From an uncultured Actinomycetes bacterium (GTDB lineage Bacteria > Actinomycetota > Actinomycetes > Mycobacteriales > Mycobacteriaceae): a stretch of 64,000 nucleotides of DNA. A program made the position numbers and the translations under genes. Shown here one piece after another: positions 54,249-61,758 of the stretch. Under the pieces are notes generated by a model that saw only the letters and a program-made list of their open reading frames with translations, had not been told where the DNA came from and searched no databases. The stretch covers positions 13,624 to 77,623 of the forward strand of contig CAISDL010000081.1 of NCBI GenBank assembly GCA_903884065.1. The letters run 5' to 3'. Positions within the stretch are counted from its first letter, which is position 1, and the number at the start of each line of letters is the position of its first letter.

Positions 54249-55019
54249 GTGACCTCCGGACGCCGCGACCTGCTCGCACCACTGCTGGATCTCCCCGGGG
54301 TGGCCGATGCGGCGGAGGCGGCGCGGACGGCCCTGGGCAAGGCTCATCGCCACCGCGCGAACCTGCGCAACTGGCCCGTCACCGCCGCCGAGTCCACTGT
54401 CCGGGGTGCGCGGTCGTCCTCGGCTCTGGATGGCGGCGGGATCGAACTCCGGGCTGCGTCCGGTTCTGGGGATCCGGTGCTCGCCGGTGCGCTACGCGCC
54501 GGGCAGGCCTTGGAGGGCGGTGCGACCAATCTGGTGGGCGTCTGGCAGCGCGCGCCGTTGCAGGCCCTGGCGCGTCTGCACGCCCTGGCCGCCGCGGATC
54601 TGGCGGAGGAGGCTGATCTGGGTAGGCCGCGCCAGAGTCCCGAAGTCGTCGCCCGGTTGGACCTGGTGACAAGGCTGGTGACCGGTAGCAGTGCGGCGCC
54701 CGCCCCGATTCTGGCGGCCGTCGCCCACGGCGAAATGCTGACCCTGGCGCCGTTCGGTAGCGCGGACGGCGTTGTGGCACGGGCTGTTTCACGTCTGGTG
54801 ACGATCGCCTCCGGGCTCGACCCGCACGGGCTCGGGGTTCCCGAGGTGTTCTGGCTGCGCCGGGCGGACGAGTATCAGGAGGGCGCGGCCGGCTTCGCGA
54901 CCGGACAGCAGGACGGCGTCGGCGCTTGGCTGCTGATGTGCTGTCGCGCGCTGGAAGACGGTGCGCGCGAAGCATTGTCGATCGCGGAGGCGGCGGCCGA
55001 CCAGCCGCGGAGCGGTTGA
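54249..55019 (+). CDS. Fic-like domain protein (Rv3662c-like)
   Basis: AVAHGE...LAPFGSADGVVAR degenerate Fic motif; syntenic position. Confidence 0.85.
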   Translation: MTSGRRDLLAPLLDLPGVADAAEAARTALGKAHRHRANLRNWPVTAAESTVRGARSSSALDGGGIELRAASGSGDPVLAGALRAGQALEGGATNLVGVWQRAPLQALARLHALAAADLAEEADLGRPRQSPEVVARLDLVTRLVTGSSAAPAPILAAVAHGEMLTLAPFGSADGVVARAVSRLVTIASGLDPHGLGVPEVFWLRRADEYQEGAAGFATGQQDGVGAWLLMCCRALEDGAREALSIAEAAADQPRSG

Positions 55020-55037
55020 GTAGGCGGCCACAACGTG

Positions 55038-55331
55038 AAGCGGGCGGCGCTCCGAAACGTGTTCGGCTCGCCGCCCGCTAGCACGGGTTTCGAGTTACCA
55101 AGCGTGCTAGGTGGGTTGCGTGGGTGGCCTCGGCGACTTTGCAGTGCGCTGCGGATTCAACCTTCAGACGGAGTCGGTTGATCCGCTCGCTTATGCAATT
55201 ACGCAGGCCCGCAACACTTCTGCCATCATCGCGGCTTGCTTCGCGTGGGTGCTCGTAACCGTGCTGGATAGTCTGGCTCGGGAGGAGGAACCTTCTCTTC
55301 CGGCGCTTCCTTGGCCTTGCCAAACTTCCGT
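55038..55331 (-). ncRNA. ms1: Ms1 RNA (MTS2823 homolog, binds RNAP core)
   Basis: Minus strand ACGGAAG...GCCGGAAGAGAAGG...GAGCACCCACGCG...GTGTTGCGGGCCTGCGTA...CACCCACGCAACCCAC...CCGTGCTAGCGGGCGGCG matches recalled Ms1 blocks; 11-bp terminal stem 55039-55079. Confidence 0.88.
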
Positions 55332-55346
55332 GACTTATTTGTACTC

Positions 55347-55362
55347 CGTGATGGCCATCACA
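55347..55362. promoter_or_regulatory. CRP-like site in the Ms1 promoter
   Basis: CGTGA-tggcca-TCACA, 9/10 match to TGTGA-N6-TCACA. Confidence 0.6.
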
Positions 55363-55692
55363 GCAAGAGCAAAATGCGGAAGAGTTGATCTCAACTCAAA
55401 AACCCTTAAAAACCCAAGCAGCGCAACACCGCTGGGGTCGCTGGACAGCCGGGCCGTGTCCTCGCCGACAGGCATACGGGCCCCGCAGCGGGTGTCCGGG
55501 CCTCGCCCCCTCGTCCGGGGCCGACGCCGTGACCGCGTTCCGCCGATGCGGCGGCGCCGTGGGTCGGACGGGTCGCGGCGAAAATGGCAGTTCACGTCAC
55601 CTGTCCGAGCCTGCACATTCACAGAAAAACGGTGAGTTTCACAGGTGTGTAAGCCTTGCGCGGACCCTCCTCATCGTGTGTATAGTTGGGCT

Positions 55693-55789
55693 CGCTTGGC
55701 CTCTGGCCGAGCGTGTATCAGCCCGACCCCCCGGGGCTGATACACGACGACCCTCGCCTCCTCCCCCCCTGGCGAGGGTCGTCCTTTTT
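55693..55789 (+). ncRNA. 6C RNA (B11 homolog)
   Basis: TATAGT -10 at 55681; two perfect hairpins with C-rich loops (gaccccccg, tcctccccccct), then a T-tract. Confidence 0.93.
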
Positions 55790-55900
55790 GTATGGACCAC
55801 TGGTCCGACAGCCGATTCAGGCGCTTCCCCACTTCGGATTCATCCACAGTTCGCGCTCCCATGACTGGTGGCCCGGCCTTGGTGACGCCACTGTGGCGGC

Positions 55901-56962
55901 GTGCCCTCTGCGACGCCCTTCGTCCTGATGGTGGTCAGCGATTCCGAGTTGGCCGCCGGTACCGAACGCATCGCTGCCGCGGTCGGGGCCCGGACGGTTC
56001 GGGCCCAGACCCCAAGCAGGAGAGGCTGGCGCGCGGCCGCGGCGATCGTGGTCGACGAGCCGGGCGCGATCCGGTGTGCGCAGGCCGGTCTGCCGCGACG
56101 CGACGGGGTGATGCTCGTCGGCACCGCCGACCCGTCGGCGACGGCGTGGGCGGCGGGGATCGAGGTCGGCGCCCAGCACCTCTGCGCACTGCCGGCGCAG
56201 GAGGAGGACCTGGTGCGGCATATGGCCGGGGCGATGGAGTCCGGACCGATGGCGGGCCGCGGCGGGCCGGTGCTCGCCGTGGCTGCGGGCCGGGGTGGCG
56301 CCGGAGCGTCGGTGTTCTCGGCCGCGCTGGGGGCCTGCGCCCACGACGCACTGCTCGTGGACGTCGATTCCTGCGGGGGTGGCATCGAACTCGTGCTGGG
56401 CAGTGAGTCCGCGCCAGGCTTGCGGTGGCCGGAGTTGCAGGTGCACAACGGCCGATTGAACTGGGTGGCACTGCGCGAGGTGCTTCCGCGTCGGCACGGC
56501 GTGAGCATCCTGTCGTGTACCCGTAGCTTCCACGAGATCGACGCGGGCGCGGTGGCGGCGGTGGTGGACGCCGGTCGACGTGGAGGGGTCACCGTGGTGT
56601 GTGACCTGCCTCGGCAGCTGACCCCTGCGTCGATCTGCGCCCTTCAGATCGCGGACCTCGTCGTGGTCGTGACCAGTTGTGACGTCAGGGCGATCGCGGC
56701 GACCACGGCAATGCTGGGCACCCTGCGCCGCGTCAACCCCGCCGTCGGACTGGTGGTGCGCGGGCCGTCCCCCGGCGGACTGGTCGCGCGGGAGGTTGCC
56801 GACGCTGCCGAGGCGCCTCTGCTCGCTGCGATGCGTCCCGAGCCGATGCTGGCTCAACGGCTGGAGCAGGGCGGTCTGCGGCTGCGCCGGCGCTCGCCGC
56901 TGGCCCGGGCCGCGGGGACGGTGCTCGATGTCGTGCACCGCAATACGGGACGGGTGGCATGA
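55901..56962 (+). CDS. ssd: Septum site determining protein Ssd (CpaE-like)
   Basis: GRGGAGAS deviant Walker A, DVDSCGGG, VVCDLP; start may be 55928. Confidence 0.9.
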   Translation: MPSATPFVLMVVSDSELAAGTERIAAAVGARTVRAQTPSRRGWRAAAAIVVDEPGAIRCAQAGLPRRDGVMLVGTADPSATAWAAGIEVGAQHLCALPAQEEDLVRHMAGAMESGPMAGRGGPVLAVAAGRGGAGASVFSAALGACAHDALLVDVDSCGGGIELVLGSESAPGLRWPELQVHNGRLNWVALREVLPRRHGVSILSCTRSFHEIDAGAVAAVVDAGRRGGVTVVCDLPRQLTPASICALQIADLVVVVTSCDVRAIAATTAMLGTLRRVNPAVGLVVRGPSPGGLVAREVADAAEAPLLAAMRPEPMLAQRLEQGGLRLRRRSPLARAAGTVLDVVHRNTGRVA

Positions 56963-58122
56963 GCGATTCGCTGATCGACCGGGTCCGCGAACGGCTGGCG
57001 GCCGAATCGGCGCCGCTGCGTCCGACTGTCGTCGCCGCCGCCATCCGGGCCGAGTCCGGCGGGGTGCTCGGTGACACCGAGGTCCTGAGCAGTCTCCGGG
57101 TCCTCGAGACGGAGTTGACAGGCGCCGGCGTTCTCGAGCCGCTGCTTCGCGCCGACGGAACCACCGACGTCCTGGTGACCTCGCCGGAGGACGTCTGGGT
57201 CGACGACGGAAACGGTCTGCGGCGCAGCGGGATTCGATTCGCCGATGAAGCCGCGGTTCGCCGGTTGGCTCAACGGCTCGCCGCTGTCGCCGGTCGCCGC
57301 CTCGATGACGCCCAACCGTGGGTGGACGGCCAGCTCTCCGGGATCGGCGGAGGCCGGTTCAGCGTCCGACTGCATGCGGTGCTGCCGCCGGTGGCGGCCG
57401 GCGGAACCTGTCTGTCACTGCGGGTGCTGCGCCCCGCCGTCCAGGATCTCGCGGCGTTGACGGCCGCGGGTGCGATCGGCTCTCAAGCCCGTGAGTTGAT
57501 CGACGGCATCATCGCCGCACGGCTGGCCTTCCTGGTCTCCGGCGGTACCGGCGCAGGCAAGACGACGTTGCTGTCGGCGGCGCTGGGTGCGGTGCCCGCC
57601 GGAGAGCGGATCATCTGCGTCGAGGATGCGCCGGAGCTGGCGCCCCGCCACCCGCACCTGGTTCGTCTGGTGGCCCGCGGCGCCAATGTCGAAGGGGCCG
57701 GGGAGATCACGCTGCGGCAGCTGGTACGCCAGGCCCTGCGCATGCGGCCGGACCGCATCGTCGTCGGCGAGGTCCGCGGCGCCGAAGTCGTCGATCTGCT
57801 GGCCGCCCTCAACACCGGGCACGACGGGGGAGCAGGAACCGTCCACGCCAACAGTCCGGCGGAGGTCCCGGCGCGACTGGAGGCGCTGGCCGCGGTCGGC
57901 GGCCTGGATCGCGGCGCGCTTCACAGCCAACTCGCCGCCGCCGTGCAGGTCGTCGTGCACGTCGGCCGTGGACCGAGTGGGCGGCGGGTGGAGGAGATCG
58001 CGCAACTTCGCCGCGACGACTCCGGGTGCTGCTACGCCGTGCCGGTGTGGCGGGCGGACGGGGGAACAGCGGATGCTGCCGCCGGATTCCGTCGTCTGAT
58101 CGAACGACGGTGCCGCCCATGA
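56959..58122 (+). CDS. cpaF: TadA/CpaF secretion ATPase
   Basis: GGTGAGKTT, ALRMRPDRIVVGEVRG, NTGHDG, TVHANS. Confidence 0.95.
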   Translation: MSDSLIDRVRERLAAESAPLRPTVVAAAIRAESGGVLGDTEVLSSLRVLETELTGAGVLEPLLRADGTTDVLVTSPEDVWVDDGNGLRRSGIRFADEAAVRRLAQRLAAVAGRRLDDAQPWVDGQLSGIGGGRFSVRLHAVLPPVAAGGTCLSLRVLRPAVQDLAALTAAGAIGSQARELIDGIIAARLAFLVSGGTGAGKTTLLSAALGAVPAGERIICVEDAPELAPRHPHLVRLVARGANVEGAGEITLRQLVRQALRMRPDRIVVGEVRGAEVVDLLAALNTGHDGGAGTVHANSPAEVPARLEALAAVGGLDRGALHSQLAAAVQVVVHVGRGPSGRRVEEIAQLRRDDSGCCYAVPVWRADGGTADAAAGFRRLIERRCRP

Positions 58123-58910
58123 CGGCTCAGCCCCTCGCCGCGCTGTTGCTGGCCACCGCCGTTCTGGTGTTACCGGACCCGGGCCGTGGACGGTTGCCGG
58201 GTCTCGCCGAACCAAGCACCGGCCGGCGGGGACCGGTAAAGGTCGCGGCGGTGCTTGCCGTCGCCGCCACATCGGTTTCGGCGCCCCCTGCGGTGCTGCT
58301 CGTCGGAATCATCGCAGGCACCGTTCTCGCGGTATGGCGGCGGCGACGAGGGTGGGAACTCCGACGCCGCGCTGAGGGTCGGGCGATGGCTGCCGCACTG
58401 GAGGTGCTGATCGGCGAACTACGGGTGGGCTCCCACCCGTCGCGGGCGTTCGCCGTCGCGGCGGCGGAGTCCGGCGGACCGGTGGGACTCTCGCTGCAGC
58501 AGGTAGCGGCCCGCTCCCGCCTGGGCGCCGATGTCGCCGCGGGACTGATTGCGGCGGAACGGGATTCGGCCGTCCCGGCCTACTGGCTTCGGCTCGCCGT
58601 GTTCTGGGAACTCGCGGCCCAGCGAGGTCTGGCCATGTCCGTTCTGATGCAGGCGGCACACCACGACATCGTCGATCGGCAGAGGTTCACCGAGCGCATC
58701 CGGGCGGCACTTGCCGGGGCGCGGGCCACCGCCGTCATCCTGGCCGCCCTTCCTGCCCTCGGGGTGATCCTCGGCCAGTTCATCGGAGCACATCCGGTCC
58801 GTTTCCTGCTCGGCGGAGGGCTGGGCGGGGTGCTTCTGGTGATCGGGGTGGCTCTCATCGCCGCCGGTCTGGCGTGGGCCGATCGCATCACTCGGCGCCT
58901 GCTGACATGA
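58119..58910 (+). CDS. tadB: TadB-like T2SS F protein
   Basis: ATGA overlap; ELRVG, GARATAVILAALP, TM segments. Confidence 0.88.
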   Translation: MTAQPLAALLLATAVLVLPDPGRGRLPGLAEPSTGRRGPVKVAAVLAVAATSVSAPPAVLLVGIIAGTVLAVWRRRRGWELRRRAEGRAMAAALEVLIGELRVGSHPSRAFAVAAAESGGPVGLSLQQVAARSRLGADVAAGLIAAERDSAVPAYWLRLAVFWELAAQRGLAMSVLMQAAHHDIVDRQRFTERIRAALAGARATAVILAALPALGVILGQFIGAHPVRFLLGGGLGGVLLVIGVALIAAGLAWADRITRRLLT

Positions 58911-59485
58911 CCACCGCCGCAATGCTTCTGGCCGCCGCCGTGTTGCTCGGCGGACGGGCACGGGCGGGGCTGCTCAGGGGAGTCCCGCCGGCTGCCCGTG
59001 CCGGGGATGAAGTCCGGAAGTCAACGCGGAGTGATCCTTTCGCCACGGCGTCGGCCCTCGATGTCTTCGCGGTGTGCCTATCGGCCGGGATGGCGGTGCC
59101 CGCGGCTGCCGCCGCGACGGCCGACTTCGCACCCCCGGCACTGGGCGCGGTTCTGCGGCGGGCAGCCGACCTGTTGATGATGGGAGCCGACCCGGACACC
59201 GCCTGGCAGGTGCCCGCCGGCGATCCGGACGAGGGCTGCGCGGCGCTGGCCAGGCTTGCCCGCCGATCGGCGTCGTCGGGGAGTGCACTGGCGGCCGGAG
59301 TGGCTGAACTCGCCGAGCAGTCGCGTCAGCACGCCACTCACAGCGCGACGGCGGCCGCGGAGCGGGCCGGCGTCCTGATCGCGGGTCCCCTGGGCCTCTG
59401 CTTCCTGCCCGCCTTCGTGTGTCTGGGCATCGTGCCCGTGGTGGCGGGGCTGGCAGACGAGATCTTCGGGGCAGGGCTGCTGTGA
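58907..59485 (+). CDS. tadC: TadC-like T2SS F protein
   Basis: AERAGVLIAGPLGLCFLPAF. Confidence 0.88.
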   Translation: MTTAAMLLAAAVLLGGRARAGLLRGVPPAARAGDEVRKSTRSDPFATASALDVFAVCLSAGMAVPAAAAATADFAPPALGAVLRRAADLLMMGADPDTAWQVPAGDPDEGCAALARLARRSASSGSALAAGVAELAEQSRQHATHSATAAAERAGVLIAGPLGLCFLPAFVCLGIVPVVAGLADEIFGAGLL

Positions 59486-59575
59486 CCGCACCCGGCACCG
59501 AAGGGCGGCGGCCTGACGAAGCGCCACCAGCGGACGCACCGCCAACGGAAGCACCACCAACTGAAAGGAATAGCA

Positions 59576-59779
59576 ATGATGCGCAGCCTGATTCACGAGA
59601 TCCGCGGTCGGCTGACCCTGCTTGCGGTCGACGAGTCCGGAATGTCGACCGTGGAGTACGCGATCGGAACCATCGCCGCCGCAGCCTTCGGTGCCATCCT
59701 CTACAGCGTGGTCACCGGCGACTCCATCGTCGGCGCGCTGACCAACATCATCAACCGGGCGCTGACCACTCGGATCTAG
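59576..59779 (+). CDS. Flp-type pilin (DUF4244, Rv3656c-like)
   Basis: GAAAGGA RBS; DESG|MSTVEYA followed by a hydrophobic helix. Confidence 0.93.
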   Translation: MMRSLIHEIRGRLTLLAVDESGMSTVEYAIGTIAAAAFGAILYSVVTGDSIVGALTNIINRALTTRI

Positions 59780-59802
59780 GAGACGACGGTGGCTTCAGCA
59801 CC

Positions 59803-60102
59803 GTGGAGGCCGCGCTGGCCATCGCCAGCATGGTCACGGTGCTCATCCTGTGCGCCGCCGGCCTCACGGCGGTGGCCATGCACATCCGTTGCCTCGACGC
59901 GGCACGGGAAGCCGCCCGGCTGGCGGCACGCGGCGACACTGCGGCGGTTGCGGGCGCCGGAAACGTCGCGCCCGCCGGTGCCGCGGTGGAAGTGCGTCGT
60001 GACGGGGACTACTTCGTTGCACGGGTCAGCGGCCGTTCGCCGGTGCTGCCCGGGATCGTCATCGTCGGGGAGGCTGTCTCGGCGGCCGAACCGGGTCGGT
60101 GA
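59803..60102 (+). CDS. TadE-like pseudopilin (Rv3655c-like); true start uncertain, possibly 59482
   Basis: G|FSTVEAALA...[17 protein letters not shown]. Confidence 0.85.
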   Translation: MEAALAIASMVTVLILCAAGLTAVAMHIRCLDAAREAARLAARGDTAAVAGAGNVAPAGAAVEVRRDGDYFVARVSGRSPVLPGIVIVGEAVSAAEPGR

Positions 60103-60439
60103 CGACCGTGGGGCGGCCACGGTGCTGGCCGCCCTCATGGTTGCGGTGCTGATCACGGTCACGCTCGGCGGTGTGAAGATCGGGTCCGCCCTGGTGGCCC
60201 GCCATCGTGCCCAATCGGCCGCCGACCTGGCGGCACTCGCGGCGGCGCAGCGGGTGCCGGCGGGTCCGGCCGCCGCATGCCGGGAAGCACGGGCCCTCGC
60301 CGCCGCAGCGCGCGCGACGGTGCGGACGTGTGACGTCGAGCAACTCGACGTCGCGGTGACCGTCTCCGTTGCCGTCGGCGGCTGGGCCGGTGCGCATGCG
60401 ATCGCCGGGGCCCGCGCCGGTCCCGCCGGAAAAAACTAG
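60095..60439 (+). CDS. TadE-like pseudopilin (Rv3654c-like); true start uncertain, possibly 59789
   Basis: DDRG|AATVLAA...RHRAQSAADLAALAAA...ARAGP; start coordinate marks the homologous region, not a start codon. Confidence 0.82.
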   Translation, partial: VGDDRGAATVLAALMVAVLITVTLGGVKIGSALVARHRAQSAADLAALAAAQRVPAGPAAACREARALAAAARATVRTCDVEQLDVAVTVSVAVGGWAGAHAIAGARAGPAGKN

Positions 60440-61464
60440 ACCAGCGGTCGGCCGGCCTCGTCCAGACCCACATCGGCGAGTTCGTTCCCGGTGGGCAGTC
60501 GCAGGGTGACCAGGCCACCGTTGATGCCGTCGTCGAGTTCGACCTTGCTGACGGTGACGTGGAGTGGGACCCAACCGCCGTCGAGACCGGGAAGGCGCAG
60601 GACCGCGCTGGTCGAGACCTCTTCGAGTTCGGCGGCCATCCGGTCGGAGAAGTATTCGCGGTCCTCCGGGTGTAGCTGCACGCGTCCGTGCCAGTCGAAA
60701 TAAGGGCACGGGTCGTCGATCCACTTCAGCAGGGTCCAGGTGCTCAAATCGACGATCACCCGGTACACCCCTGGTTGCGAGAGCCCGCCCAGAATGCGGT
60801 CCGCCAGGTTGTCCGCTGCCATCGGCGACTCGCTGACCGCCTCGACCATGTTCATCGCACGGCCGATCAGATGATCCGCACCGTCCTCGTTGGGTTCGGT
60901 CAGAGTGCGCGCACACCACCCCACCCGGCGATAACCACCTAGCTTGTCGGCGAAATCCCATGTTGCGCAATACGTCCGGTCTGGCGCCACGTCGATGAGC
61001 CAGGACAGCGCCTTGGACTCATCCCGGTTGAGACTGCGGCTGGGGATGTCTTCGACGAATGCCCGGCCGGTCAGCGACTCGCGGGACGGGTCCATGCCCG
61101 CGTTGAGGAGGTACTCGTTGGTTGCCGAACCCTCGCCGGTGGTGAGATCCCATTTCAGCGGGCCGGGGATCGGGCGCTCCGGAGGTTCGTCGTCGGTCGG
61201 GCCGCACCATACGTGGACGGCGTGGATGCGGCCGTCGGTCATCTGGACCGGTTCGGTGCGGATCACGCGTTTGGTCTTCGGCGTGATGCTGGCCAGGCCG
61301 ACGCCTGAGGTGACCGTCTCGGCGATCGCTGTCTGGATTGCTGCCAGATTGGGATTCCGGCGCAGGAAGACGGCAAGGGGCACGAAATTCTTCATTTGCC
61401 GACCCTGGGCTACCACCACGGGTTGGGCGCCCAGAGTCTCCACCAGCAGCCAATCCTGGGTCAC
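60436..61464 (-). CDS. PAS-like domain protein (Rv3651-like)
   Basis: MTQDWLLVETLG, DGRIHAVHVW, LKWIDDP; syntenic position. Confidence 0.85.
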   Translation of the reverse strand: MTQDWLLVETLGAQPVVVAQGRQMKNFVPLAVFLRRNPNLAAIQTAIAETVTSGVGLASITPKTKRVIRTEPVQMTDGRIHAVHVWCGPTDDEPPERPIPGPLKWDLTTGEGSATNEYLLNAGMDPSRESLTGRAFVEDIPSRSLNRDESKALSWLIDVAPDRTYCATWDFADKLGGYRRVGWCARTLTEPNEDGADHLIGRAMNMVEAVSESPMAADNLADRILGGLSQPGVYRVIVDLSTWTLLKWIDDPCPYFDWHGRVQLHPEDREYFSDRMAAELEEVSTSAVLRLPGLDGGWVPLHVTVSKVELDDGINGGLVTLRLPTGNELADVGLDEAGRPLV

Positions 61465-61758
61465 GGGCTCAGCTTAACGGTGGCCTCCGCCGCCCGAGTG
61501 TGCCGGGTGCTGCGGCATTTGCTGCGGGTTAACGGCTGCCGTTGCGCACATTGACGTTGACAGCGTATTTTCAGCTAAGTCCGGTTCAGGACTTGCCGAG
61601 CGGATCGCGTTGTCCGACTGCCCGGCGAATGTGGTTCGGCGGCTTTGCCGCGATTATCGCCGCCCCGAGACGCGGGGCGCTAGACACGCTGATGCGCGTT
61701 GTGACCAACGCCGGTCGTGGCTGTCGATCGTTTCGAGGGGTCGATCGGCGGCCGCGGC

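Noticed and set aside
55111-55864. ORFs 55111..55635, 55335..55622 and 55385..55864
   Set aside because: They overlap Ms1, 6C and their promoters, with no recognisable domains. A faint resemblance to Rv3661 termini was too weak to call a pseudogene.
61465-61758. Possible sRNA in the gap between the Rv3651-like gene and the helicase
   Set aside because: Only short hairpins (aagtcc/ggactt, cgcccc/ggggcg) and a possible TACGCT -10 for the PAS-like gene; no recognisable family.
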